Below, piece by piece: positions 26,778-35,932 of a stretch of DNA of 37,311 nt (position 1 is the stretch's first letter; every line of letters begins with the position of its first letter). The DNA lies in sequence record NC_048037.1; one strand, written 5' to 3'. A model generated the notes under the pieces. The model saw only the letters and a list, made by a program, of their open reading frames with translations, was not told where the DNA came from and searched no databases. Made by a program: the position numbers and the translations under genes.

Positions 26778-28521
26778 CCCACTAATAGATATCGAGAAAT
26801 TATTTACCGGCATTTTCAGACCCGTCACTAACGTACTTAGCGGAGGCATTAACACAGTAGCGTCAATTCCTCATGATATCGAAAATTTCGGGAACTCGGT
26901 TGTGAAGACATTTAACACACTAGTACGATATCTCGCACAAATACCAAGTGATATATTCAACTTTCTATCACAAATTCCCGGTGCGATCCTCACCGGGTTA
27001 CACATGTTCGGTTCATGGATACTCTCAGGGTTCCAAACTTTAGGTTCCCACATATTGGGAGCGTTAAAAATAGCGTTCTCACCACTGGTTGACGCCATAC
27101 ATTACATAGCATCCCATATACCCGACCTAATAAACTTCTTCGCTTCAATCTACACCGACCTAAGAAACATTATAAACACGATACATAACAACCTTGTAAA
27201 TATCTTCACAACAGCGTTCAGACTCGTACAAGACGCGATTGAAATCGTGTTCGGCTTCCTAAACGTGGCTCCTCAGATATTCAGAGCATTTAGTATATTT
27301 GTACAAGATGCAATAAATTTCGTAACAACACAAGCTACAACACTAGTATCATCCGCATCACAAATGTACAAACACTTTACGGACTCAGTACCCTTTGACA
27401 TCTTAAAACAAGAATCATCAAAATTCGGCAAAGCTACGGCAAGACTGATCGGGTTTAACACTGCAATGGAAATAATGAAAAGTACAATAAGAAGGAGTTG
27501 GCTATCACAAAACATATCACCCTTAACAAGGGCGTTAATGTTAGCGTTCAGCCCTGTGGTAGCGGGTATCAGCGGGATGTTTGCGGAAACAATGATACAA
27601 GCGTTCTACCCGGATATCACATCAACCACAATAAAGAGGTATACGCCACCAACCACGTCCACGACACTATTCCCGTACCATACAACTCATGTAGAACCAC
27701 CATCGTTCGCGTCAAAGAGTTACATAACAACACTGTCACAATTAACACCACCACCGGCTCCTCCATTGTTACCGCAATTCAAACCGGGTCACATAATAAG
27801 CATATACATCGAAGACGTCATAACACTAAACCAGTTCGTAGTAACCGGTGGTCTGGTATCAGCATCACAGTACGCACAAATAATATCTGACACACTGAAC
27901 TTACAGTACAATTTAGTGGTAAGACTGACACCCGTAGTTTTAATAACCGCCACAGACTTACTAAGTCCCTTACTGTCATCATCCATTACCACAGCAGTCT
28001 CACAAAACGTGAACACGATCACAGTAAACGCTTTCGCAGAAGTAGGACAACTTGCAGTACCCCTAGGCTCATCTGTGTGTACCACATTAATCGCTCCGGC
28101 TTCATACGTTTACGGTGAAAACACGGTAGATTACTTAAATGTAGCATACAACTTATGTATAAACATAAACCAGGCAATACTTGACTTCATTAACTTCTAC
28201 ATCACAACACAACCACCACCCGGTAATGTACCCACTACTACTGTAAACATCTTCATCACAACACAACCACCACCCGGTAACGTACCTACAACTGTAGTAA
28301 ACATTACGGGTACTACAATATTACCTCCTCCTAATATACCAACCACCATATTCAGTATAACAATAACACCCGGATTACCACAATTCACGGGACATACTAC
28401 TCTTGCGTTCACAACTCAAAACGTGACAACCAGAATCGGAGGGACTGCTACAACAATAGTTATAAATTACACGCCAACTATAACAATATGCCTACAAGGG
28501 GATGGATGTTATTCAGCGTGA
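26770..28521 (+). CDS. Large structural protein (583 aa): 11-residue amphipathic repeats plus Thr/Pro-rich C-terminal repeats
   Basis: Consecutive 11-mer blocks in the N-terminal part; TTQPPPGNVPTT repeats. Confidence 0.85.
   Translation: MSNPLIDIEKLFTGIFRPVTNVLSGGINTVASIPHDIENFGNSVVKTFNTLVRYLAQIPSDIFNFLSQIPGAILTGLHMFGSWILSGFQTLGSHILGALKIAFSPLVDAIHYIASHIPDLINFFASIYTDLRNIINTIHNNLVNIFTTAFRLVQDAIEIVFGFLNVAPQIFRAFSIFVQDAINFVTTQATTLVSSASQMYKHFTDSVPFDILKQESSKFGKATARLIGFNTAMEIMKSTIRRSWLSQNISPLTRALMLAFSPVVAGISGMFAETMIQAFYPDITSTTIKRYTPPTTSTTLFPYHTTHVEPPSFASKSYITTLSQLTPPPAPPLLPQFKPGHIISIYIEDVITLNQFVVTGGLVSASQYAQIISDTLNLQYNLVVRLTPVVLITATDLLSPLLSSSITTAVSQNVNTITVNAFAEVGQLAVPLGSSVCTTLIAPASYVYGENTVDYLNVAYNLCININQAILDFINFYITTQPPPGNVPTTTVNIFITTQPPPGNVPTTVVNITGTTILPPPNIPTTIFSITITPGLPQFTGHTTLAFTTQNVTTRIGGTATTIVINYTPTITICLQGDGCYSA
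28189..28350 (+). repeat. 54-bp tandem repeat (two close copies plus one degenerate) encoding 18-aa Thr/Pro units
   Basis: CATCACAACACAACCACCACCCGGTAA identical at 28200-28226 and 28254-28280. Confidence 0.9.
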
Positions 28522-28527
28522 TGTAAT

Positions 28528-29112
28528 ATGTTAGTATGCATACCTGTTGGATGGGTAACTTATACTGAACCACTTCTCAACACTGTAAAGTGGGCAAATG
28601 AGGGTAAATTCAAATTCGATTTCGCCATATCAAACCGCGTAGACTTAAATAGAAGTGTATGCATATCTAAAGCGAAACTGTTAAAGGAAGACCTAATAAT
28701 GATAGACTCAGATATAAACGTATTAAACCCACCATTACAGTTAAAAGAAATATTAAAAGAAGATGAACGGGAAGCCGATATCGTATTGGGGATAGCAGTA
28801 AGCCACCTGGGAGTTTTAATAGACCCATTACCGCCTAAGGACAAAGACCTATACGAAATAAATTGGGGATCATTATCATTCGTTTACATACCGTTCAAGA
28901 CATTAAGAAAACTGAAGCACATAGCTAAATACCCGCAAAATATAAACATGTACATGACGTACAAACCCTACACATCAGAAGACGTTGAATTCATAAGGAG
29001 ATTAAAAAAGAAAGGGTTCAAGGTTATGGCTGACAAGAGGATAGCGTTAAACCACTTTAAACTCGTACCACTGCGTTACATGTCCCTTGAGTTCGAAGTA
29101 CAAACAAAATGA
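28528..29112 (+). CDS. GT-A fold glycosyltransferase (194 aa)
   Basis: MIDSD, AISNRVDLNRS, SEDVEF; paralog of 8629-9237. Confidence 0.85.
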   Translation: MLVCIPVGWVTYTEPLLNTVKWANEGKFKFDFAISNRVDLNRSVCISKAKLLKEDLIMIDSDINVLNPPLQLKEILKEDEREADIVLGIAVSHLGVLIDPLPPKDKDLYEINWGSLSFVYIPFKTLRKLKHIAKYPQNINMYMTYKPYTSEDVEFIRRLKKKGFKVMADKRIALNHFKLVPLRYMSLEFEVQTK

Positions 29113-30590
29113 AATATTTTATCCGCGAGTTTTTCACCCAATACATCACGTATAATATCACGTTTAGAACATAAATTATACCTAGTAACACCACTCCTGA
29201 ATAGTTTGTACGCCCTCATCCTACCTATATACGGTATATCTATAAGTCTAGCTATTTCCCTAACGTTTTCTAAAGGTATGCCGTAGCGTAAAGCCAAACT
29301 TATGTCATCATACCTGTCATCCTTAAATAAAGCCATAATGTGAGCCTTATAACTAGCCTCTTGAAGTAATTTATACTCACCGTACCCTATCTTATCAAGG
29401 TTGATAGCCCTTTTGAACAACCCGTATAACTCCCTATCACTCATTACACCGAAAGCATTACACTCCTCGGCAACGTCCAAGCTTGAAGGTCTCATTAAAT
29501 AAGACAAGACACACAGTCTGTAATCATCAGAATCTATACGATAATAATCAAAGTCCATGATCCTCTTGGCGTCAACGGGGTGGACAAGGTGATAAGCAAT
29601 ACTCTTCAATAACTTGTGGTCACATATACCGTATTTCTTACATATATACTCAGTATCTCCGCCTATCATCTTCGCGAAATCAATGTCATATTCAGTAGGA
29701 GTAAACTTAGCGGGGTCACTTAAATTACGTACGTCAAATGTAACATATATAACACCTTTACCACGTCTACCGACCCTACCAGCGAACTGGATAAATGAAG
29801 TCTTATCAAGGTACCTATTTGACGTAAATATGCCGTAGTCAAAATGGTAATCAACACCGTAGTTAAGTGCTGTAGTAGTACATATAACCTTGATCTCACC
29901 TAGCTCAAGCAAACGTGACACTTTTTCTCTATCGCTAGCACTCATTTGACTGTTATAATAAGCTACACCCTTCCTAAGTAATTGACCCAAGACCGGGTCA
30001 TCGGTGTCAACGTCAACACCGTCCATGAAAAAGTCAGCAAGCTTAAGGCACATTGTCCTCGTTAATTCCGTTGAATGAACGTAAATGAAACCATACTTAC
30101 CCGGATCCACATACTTACGCCAATCATCCACCTTGATTATCTCGTATTGGCTACCGTTCTCCCCTAAATCAATTACATCATCAAACTTAACTGAAATATC
30201 AACAGGCGTAGCACTGATGAAATAACGCCTATACCCGGTCGTATTAGCAATTGAAGAGTAAATAACATGAGAAAATAACTTATTAGCTATAAGACTATAT
30301 TCATCAAAAATTATAACGTCATTGTGAGTAGCACTTGAAGGGTTATCATGAAGAGATAAAAATTGGTTAAACTGGTTATAAGTGAAAACGTATATCTTGT
30401 ACGTCTTGTCAAAATTATTACCCACAATATCTCCGTAAAGTTGACTATAACGTTGATATAATTGTATCGCTAAACTCCTTAAAGGAACAAGATGAAAAAC
30501 GCGGTGATATCTAGATACGAAATCACCGGCTTTACTTATCATCAAACGTGTTTTACCGCTTCCCGTTTTCCCCTTTACAAGTATATCCAT
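29076..30590 (-). CDS. Superfamily 2 helicase, Ski2/Hel308-like (504 aa)
   Basis: GKTGSGKT, LVPLRSLA, IFDEYS, ISAT, TTALNYGVD, QFAGRVGRRG, C-terminal HhH-like IPYIGRMRAYKL. Confidence 0.9.
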   Translation of the reverse strand: MDILVKGKTGSGKTRLMISKAGDFVSRYHRVFHLVPLRSLAIQLYQRYSQLYGDIVGNNFDKTYKIYVFTYNQFNQFLSLHDNPSSATHNDVIIFDEYSLIANKLFSHVIYSSIANTTGYRRYFISATPVDISVKFDDVIDLGENGSQYEIIKVDDWRKYVDPGKYGFIYVHSTELTRTMCLKLADFFMDGVDVDTDDPVLGQLLRKGVAYYNSQMSASDREKVSRLLELGEIKVICTTTALNYGVDYHFDYGIFTSNRYLDKTSFIQFAGRVGRRGKGVIYVTFDVRNLSDPAKFTPTEYDIDFAKMIGGDTEYICKKYGICDHKLLKSIAYHLVHPVDAKRIMDFDYYRIDSDDYRLCVLSYLMRPSSLDVAEECNAFGVMSDRELYGLFKRAINLDKIGYGEYKLLQEASYKAHIMALFKDDRYDDISLALRYGIPLENVREIARLIDIPYIGRMRAYKLFRSGVTRYNLCSKRDIIRDVLGEKLADKIFHFVCTSNSRDM

Positions 30591-30700
30591 ATAACATAAG
30601 TTTACGATAATACCCTTTTATTTTTTACGGTTAATAAGAAAATAACACGTAACAGAAAACCTTTTAAATGAAACCAACAAGTTGTTTTATAGGGGAAAAA

Positions 30701-31120
30701 ATGTCTGAAGAGGAAAACCAAGAAGAAGAGTTAACCCAAGAAGAATTAGAGGAAAAACAACAGGTAGAGGAAGACATAGTACTGGACGAATCCAAAATAA
30801 AAGAAATCAGTGAAGGCATACCGGCAAAAGTGGTAAGTATAAAAAAAGGTAGATTACTTGATTTGATAGGAGAAGTAAGGAATACTGATAGACTATCGGA
30901 AAAAGCGTTGGACTGGATAAAAGCACAAGGTGAAGAACCGTACCTATTAATAACATGCGACGTGGAAGGCTCACAAAAGAAGTTCCTAGTCCATTACACA
31001 TGGTCTAAAAACTCAACGCTCTACAAAATGGTCAAGAAGTACAAGAGAATAGCCGTAGGCACTGAAATATTAGTAAAGTTCAACCCGGAAGCAATGAGAT
31101 ACCAAATCGTAACGGATTGA
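30701..31120 (+). CDS. Acidic-tailed beta-barrel protein (139 aa), candidate OB-fold ssDNA-binding protein
   Basis: ATG at 30701 after GGGG; Glu-rich N-terminus, then AKVVSIKK..YLLITCDVEG..VGTEILVKF..YQIV. Confidence 0.6.
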   Translation: MSEEENQEEELTQEELEEKQQVEEDIVLDESKIKEISEGIPAKVVSIKKGRLLDLIGEVRNTDRLSEKALDWIKAQGEEPYLLITCDVEGSQKKFLVHYTWSKNSTLYKMVKKYKRIAVGTEILVKFNPEAMRYQIVTD

Positions 31121-31428
31121 TAGATATGGGCAGAAAAACGGAACCTGCCCGTATCGTTAACTACATCAACAAAAGCTTACCTAAACGAGTTAAGGTAATT
31201 GATTTTTTTGATAATATCCGCACACGTCTCGAGGAAATCATAACGTTCAACTTGGATCACGGAGCAAACCCAATCACTTTTTATTCAATCCAACAAATTT
31301 TCGCTTATTATAGAGAAGTAGCAATAGCGTCACTCTCAAGACAAGTACCAACACCGGAAGCCGAGAAAATCGTAGATGACATAGTACAAAGAGAACTAAA
31401 CGAACTCTTTAACAAATATTACAAGTAG
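31117..31428 (+). CDS. Hypothetical helical protein (103 aa)
   Basis: Coupled within the cluster. Confidence 0.7.
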   Translation: MIDMGRKTEPARIVNYINKSLPKRVKVIDFFDNIRTRLEEIITFNLDHGANPITFYSIQQIFAYYREVAIASLSRQVPTPEAEKIVDDIVQRELNELFNKYYK

Positions 31429-31444
31429 TAATAAGGTGAACAAA

Positions 31445-31987
31445 ATGAAAGAAGATCAACTTACGATTGAACTACCTTTCGAATTCGTACTCTATAACGG
31501 GTATTCAAAACATGCCTTAAAGAATTATAAGGGTGAAACTATGCCAAGCATAGGGATAACGAATAGGTACATGTGTAAAATACACAAACGTATCGAGTAC
31601 ATGATATTTCTTGATATAGATAAAAAAGTCAAATTAAAACAATTAATAAAATTTGTAAAAAAAAGACGGGCTATGATAACGAGAACAAAATACGGTTATC
31701 ACATAATAATAGTAACACATGAAAAATCACAATATAGAAACGAAATAGATACGACAAGACTAGCACTAAAAATGATAAATAAAAAAATACCGGTTGATGT
31801 GGGTCATATCTTAACGTGCATGAACAACAACCGATTCATATTGAGAATTTACGGAAAATACAAGGACAACCCATACGTTAAAATAGTGTATAAAAAAGAT
31901 GACCCGATCTTGAACGATATTGCGAAATTATATGAGGTGACAAAATGTCAAGAAAAATCACTATTATTATTCCAAAAAAATTTATGA
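31445..31987 (+). CDS. Compact archaeo-eukaryotic primase (AEP/PrimPol)-like catalytic domain (180 aa)
   Basis: Motif I MIFLDID, motif II RTKYGYHII, motif III VD, then FILRIYGK; AGGTGA SD before ATG 31445. Confidence 0.7.
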   Translation: MKEDQLTIELPFEFVLYNGYSKHALKNYKGETMPSIGITNRYMCKIHKRIEYMIFLDIDKKVKLKQLIKFVKKRRAMITRTKYGYHIIIVTHEKSQYRNEIDTTRLALKMINKKIPVDVGHILTCMNNNRFILRIYGKYKDNPYVKIVYKKDDPILNDIAKLYEVTKCQEKSLLLFQKNL

Positions 31988-32616
31988 AGGTGTTAGGCAT
32001 GAAGTACACAAAATCCGCATATTTACCTTTTATGATCACGTTCGGAGTAAATCTACCCGAAGATGAATTCGTGAAAACGGAAATAATAGAAAGAAGAATA
32101 GAATACATTAGCACAATTGATAGAGCAAAAAAACTAATCGAAGAGAAAACATTAGGAAAACCCATAAATACCTATCATTTAGATTTAGGTCTAAGAATAA
32201 CACAAAAAAACATAAACACAAATGAAATAAGTTTCAAAAACACAACATGCGATTACACAAAAGTAGAAAAAGAAGAATATACTAAAATATTGAGGACAGC
32301 GTACATTGAAGACGCAGTAACAAAAGCCGTACCAAAAATAAACAACAAAAAAGCCTTCGCGTACGGGTACACGTTACTCTGTTACCTCGAAAAAGACACA
32401 GAACTAAAATTCCTTAACTCATACATTGAAGCAATAGAATTTTTCAGAAAACTACATACATATTATGCGTATAAAAGAATAATGAGATACGAACCGAACG
32501 ACCAAAAACTAAAAGAAATGGTAAACGACATGAAAAAACTGTTACCGCAAAACGAACCACAAAGTAAAAAAGAAGAAATAAGAAAAGAATTAGAAGATTT
32601 GTATATAGAATTATAG
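31945..32616 (+). CDS. Hypothetical protein (223 aa), coupled to the AEP-like gene
   Basis: GAGGTGA SD; long Lys-rich ORF. Confidence 0.8.
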   Translation: MSRKITIIIPKKFMKVLGMKYTKSAYLPFMITFGVNLPEDEFVKTEIIERRIEYISTIDRAKKLIEEKTLGKPINTYHLDLGLRITQKNINTNEISFKNTTCDYTKVEKEEYTKILRTAYIEDAVTKAVPKINNKKAFAYGYTLLCYLEKDTELKFLNSYIEAIEFFRKLHTYYAYKRIMRYEPNDQKLKEMVNDMKKLLPQNEPQSKKEEIRKELEDLYIEL

Positions 32617-32625
32617 GAGATAAAA

Positions 32626-32964
32626 ATGAAATATAAAAATTGTCTCAAAAACTGTAAAACTAAAAAAATAAGGTCAAAAGAACCGTCAATACATTTATTC
32701 CTAACACTTTACTTAAAAGTCACAGGTGAAAAACTAAAGAAATGCGACAATTTTTGCAAAGTTTACATAGCGTTTCTTGACGTAGGAGAAATCATGTTCG
32801 GAGGAACATGGAAACGCATATGGAGAAAACAACTAAATATAAACAAAATAAAATTATTTAAATGCACACACTGCGGACAAGTATTTGAATTGAGAACGGG
32901 AACGGAACACATCCTCGAGTTCATGTATTCAAATAAAATAATGGAAAGGGTGTTACAAGAATGA
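32626..32964 (+). CDS. Zinc-finger-like protein (112 aa)
   Basis: FKCTHCGQVFELRTGTEH plus other Cys pairs. Confidence 0.65.
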   Translation: MKYKNCLKNCKTKKIRSKEPSIHLFLTLYLKVTGEKLKKCDNFCKVYIAFLDVGEIMFGGTWKRIWRKQLNINKIKLFKCTHCGQVFELRTGTEHILEFMYSNKIMERVLQE

Positions 32965-33542
32965 AACTAGAAGAATTAAAACAATTGGTAGAAGAAGAGA
33001 AAAAGAAACCCCATAACAAGGAAGTAAGAGTAACACGTGCAGTAACATGCCCGACGTTACAAATAAAGGAATACTACGGAATAAATATGGGAAAACTAAG
33101 ACACCAGATAATAGAAGAAAAATTAAAAAGCAAAGGGTTAGAGACGGAAGTTGAAATCGCACTAACAATTGATAACGTGCTTATAACAGGTCACGTAGAC
33201 GCCCTAGACCTAAATAACTTAACAGTATACGAAATAAAACCCTCAAGAATTTACGACAATTACATAAGACAACTGTCAATGTACGTAACAATCCTAAGAA
33301 AACTCACGGGACTAAATTTTACAGGAAAATTTATAATATATGTAGGAGAAGAAGTATACGAACTAGTACCACCATTCCTTGACACGACTATCCTCGAGAC
33401 AGTACTAGAAGTACTTCAAGAAGAAACAACAATAAAAGGAGAATATTGCACACTATGCATACACGATAAAAAATGTGATAAAAAGAGGGAATGGAAAAGG
33501 AAGATGGGATTTGAAATAGCTGAAATAACCAAATTATACTAA
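32961..33542 (+). CDS. cas4: Cas4-like PD-(D/E)xK nuclease with Fe-S cysteines (193 aa)
   Basis: N-terminal TCP, GKLRH, ITGHVD, YEIK, RQLSMY, C-terminal CTLCIHDKKC; stand-alone, no CRISPR array in the genome. Confidence 0.85.
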   Translation: MKLEELKQLVEEEKKKPHNKEVRVTRAVTCPTLQIKEYYGINMGKLRHQIIEEKLKSKGLETEVEIALTIDNVLITGHVDALDLNNLTVYEIKPSRIYDNYIRQLSMYVTILRKLTGLNFTGKFIIYVGEEVYELVPPFLDTTILETVLEVLQEETTIKGEYCTLCIHDKKCDKKREWKRKMGFEIAEITKLY

Positions 33543-33848
33543 TTTATAACAAACTCTTTCAACAACTTTCTTCAAACCCGACATGAGTATATACTCTTCT
33601 CGGTTTGTCAAAATATACTTCTTATTTGAAGCCAAAAACCTCAACCCATTAAGTATGTCCTCATATTTAGTATCACTACATGTAATCAGATAAGTAATTG
33701 AAACATCGGAAACACGAACTACAACATTAATATTAAACCTTACTATTTTCTTCCGCTCACGTTGATAATTTACAATAACATCAAATGACGCATCAACATA
33801 TTTTATATGATAAAACGACATAACACGTTCTCCACGATAAATTATCAT
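33534..33848 (-). CDS. Hypothetical beta-rich protein (104 aa)
   Basis: Part of the right-end minus-strand cluster. Confidence 0.65.
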   Translation of the reverse strand: MIIYRGERVMSFYHIKYVDASFDVIVNYQRERKKIVRFNINVVVRVSDVSITYLITCSDTKYEDILNGLRFLASNKKYILTNREEYILMSGLKKVVERVCYKLV

Positions 33849-33881
33849 ATTAAAAAACTAGCATAAAAATATATATAACTT

Positions 33882-34298
33882 TTATCGCGTATTACAAGTA
33901 CCGTCAAAACATATATTTATAACAAGTTGTTCACGATCCGGTAAAAACTCTAACTTATAACGTGACCTCAGAAACCTAGAATTATACAGAACAATACGAC
34001 CTAACACCATCCTACTCATAATAATAATTAGCGAGTCATCAAATAAGGAATTTACAAAATATATGAAGTCATTTGAATTCGAATCAGCGTAAAATAACGC
34101 ATAAGGCATAGGTTCATCCTTATCAGCTATTATTAATTGCTCAAAGTAATTCTCAACACCATCAGTAACATATAGTACCTTAAAATTTGCTTTCTTTAAA
34201 TCAACAACAATTTGTACCCTACCGTCTTCGTAATTCACATGCTCTAACACATAGTCATAAAGGTCAAGATGGTTTAGGAACATTTCAAGTTGTTCCAT
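33882..34298 (-). CDS. Hypothetical protein (138 aa)
   Basis: ATG with T-rich TATA-like element upstream. Confidence 0.7.
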   Translation of the reverse strand: MEQLEMFLNHLDLYDYVLEHVNYEDGRVQIVVDLKKANFKVLYVTDGVENYFEQLIIADKDEPMPYALFYADSNSNDFIYFVNSLFDDSLIIIMSRMVLGRIVLYNSRFLRSRYKLEFLPDREQLVINICFDGTCNTR

Positions 34299-34349
34299 GA
34301 ATAAAAGTCTATCAAAACAAAATATAAAAATAAAAACACATAATACACA

Positions 34350-34718
34350 CTACAAGCCCAAGTTCTCATAATACTTCGCAATTGTAAAAGCAATATCTTT
34401 AGCGACATCAAGCAACTCAGAACGATCAAAATCAACCTTTCTACTTAAATAAATGTCTTCAATACAAACATATACATCATTAATATCAATAGGCAAATAC
34501 TCGTTCTTATCTCTAAACTGAAAATAATAAACCCTTGTATTCTTATAATCACCTGACGTAATATAAACAATATTCAAACCGAAATAACCGAGATTAACGT
34601 AAGGGATCACCAAAACGTAAACTGTAACACTAAACTTAACATGAAATAAATTATAACGGAAAGAAAAACGTTTGAAACCCTTCAAGAACCCCATAAACCT
34701 TTCTATATCACTAACCAT
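34350..34718 (-). CDS. Hypothetical protein (122 aa)
   Basis: GAGGTAGAGG SD-like sequence upstream. Confidence 0.7.
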   Translation of the reverse strand: MVSDIERFMGFLKGFKRFSFRYNLFHVKFSVTVYVLVIPYVNLGYFGLNIVYITSGDYKNTRVYYFQFRDKNEYLPIDINDVYVCIEDIYLSRKVDFDRSELLDVAKDIAFTIAKYYENLGL

Positions 34719-34734
34719 ATGCCTCTACCTCTCA

Positions 34735-35223
34735 TTATAAGCTATAAGCCCCACACCGTTTCCCGCATATATTAGATACTTTTACAACCAAATCACCGAC
34801 AGAATGTAAATTATGATTATCACAAATATCATACTTATTTAAAGAAAACAATTTGAAAGGAGTAATACTAAAATTATATACTTTCTCAACAAGCACATCA
34901 TCACGTAATAGTAGCGTATTTATATCACGTTCACTCCCGGAAAAAACACTCCACATGCCGTTAAAAACATCCACAATATCCCTACATTTCACATTATGAA
35001 AACTAATAAGGACTATCAAATCATCCTGATCCCACGTTTTCAAATTACCCTTATATCCCTTGAATTTAAATCGTACATTCAATTCATTATCTTTATCACT
35101 TATATCAAAAATATCAAAATTATTATAAAATAAAATATCAATAATATCCCTACGAACGTTAACTTTGCGTTTCAACCAAAAATAACCTAAACCGTAAAAC
35201 GACTTAGCCCTACGAAATATCAT
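34735..35223 (-). CDS. Hypothetical protein (162 aa, start MIFRRAK), shares RFxFKGY motif with 2279-2719
   Basis: TTATATAC at -24..-31 from ATG 35223. Confidence 0.7.
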   Translation of the reverse strand: MIFRRAKSFYGLGYFWLKRKVNVRRDIIDILFYNNFDIFDISDKDNELNVRFKFKGYKGNLKTWDQDDLIVLISFHNVKCRDIVDVFNGMWSVFSGSERDINTLLLRDDVLVEKVYNFSITPFKLFSLNKYDICDNHNLHSVGDLVVKVSNICGKRCGAYSL

Positions 35224-35281
35224 GAATAAAAAATTAGCATAAAAAAGTATATAAGCTTTAACATGAAGATATACCGTAGAC

Positions 35282-35455
35282 ATGAACAAAGACGACTGGT
35301 TAGAAAAAATATACACAGCAATATCATATTATATAGGAGACATAGCAAGTGACGATGATTTATCGGAAAAAGAAAAAGAACAGCTAAAAAACATGTTATA
35401 CGATTTTCTGGGAGCAATAGAAAACTTTGATGAATATGAACAAGAAGAGGAATAA
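35282..35455 (+). CDS. Small, highly acidic protein (57 aa, not in ORF track)
   Basis: MNKDDWLEKIYTAISYYIGDIASDDDLSEKEKEQLKNMLYDFLGAIENFDEYEQEEE; TATA at 35248-35255; followed by an intergenic gap. Confidence 0.75.
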   Translation: MNKDDWLEKIYTAISYYIGDIASDDDLSEKEKEQLKNMLYDFLGAIENFDEYEQEEE

Positions 35456-35494
35456 TAAAAAAAATTTAAAAGTCATACTTTTTTATATCATATT

Positions 35495-35929
35495 ATGACA
35501 GTAAACGTAATTAACGCAATGAAATACCATGCAATTCTAGATACAACAGAATTCAACAGCGAACAACCACCCATTGTAATCCCTAATAATAACAAATTAA
35601 TAGTACCGGAAGGCGTCTACAACGTATTCGTTTACCAGAAAGACATAAGGAATTTCGGATACCTATATACCGCTTTCATATACGGTGAAAAAGTAATGTT
35701 AGGATTACAATCATATCCATTCGATAAAGTGATAATTGAATTCACAAACGTATTCAATGGTAACCTAGAAATTGACTATATGGACTTAAGTGGAAAATGG
35801 CACACATTACAAGTAGAAAATATGCAAGCAACACAAATACATACAGATCTCGAAAAACTAACAAATACGGCATACGTGAAAGTCAATAACAAATACTACC
35901 AAATAGTGAACGGCATAGTTAAAATATAA
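35495..35929 (+). CDS. Hypothetical beta-rich protein (144 aa)
   Basis: Clean ORF convergent with gmd. Confidence 0.75.
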   Translation: MTVNVINAMKYHAILDTTEFNSEQPPIVIPNNNKLIVPEGVYNVFVYQKDIRNFGYLYTAFIYGEKVMLGLQSYPFDKVIIEFTNVFNGNLEIDYMDLSGKWHTLQVENMQATQIHTDLEKLTNTAYVKVNNKYYQIVNGIVKI

Positions 35930-35932
35930 AAA

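Noticed and set aside
28189-28350. Possible CRISPR mini-array
   Set aside because: The repeat is in-frame coding with no unique spacers; no CRISPR array or tRNA/rRNA gene was seen anywhere in the genome.
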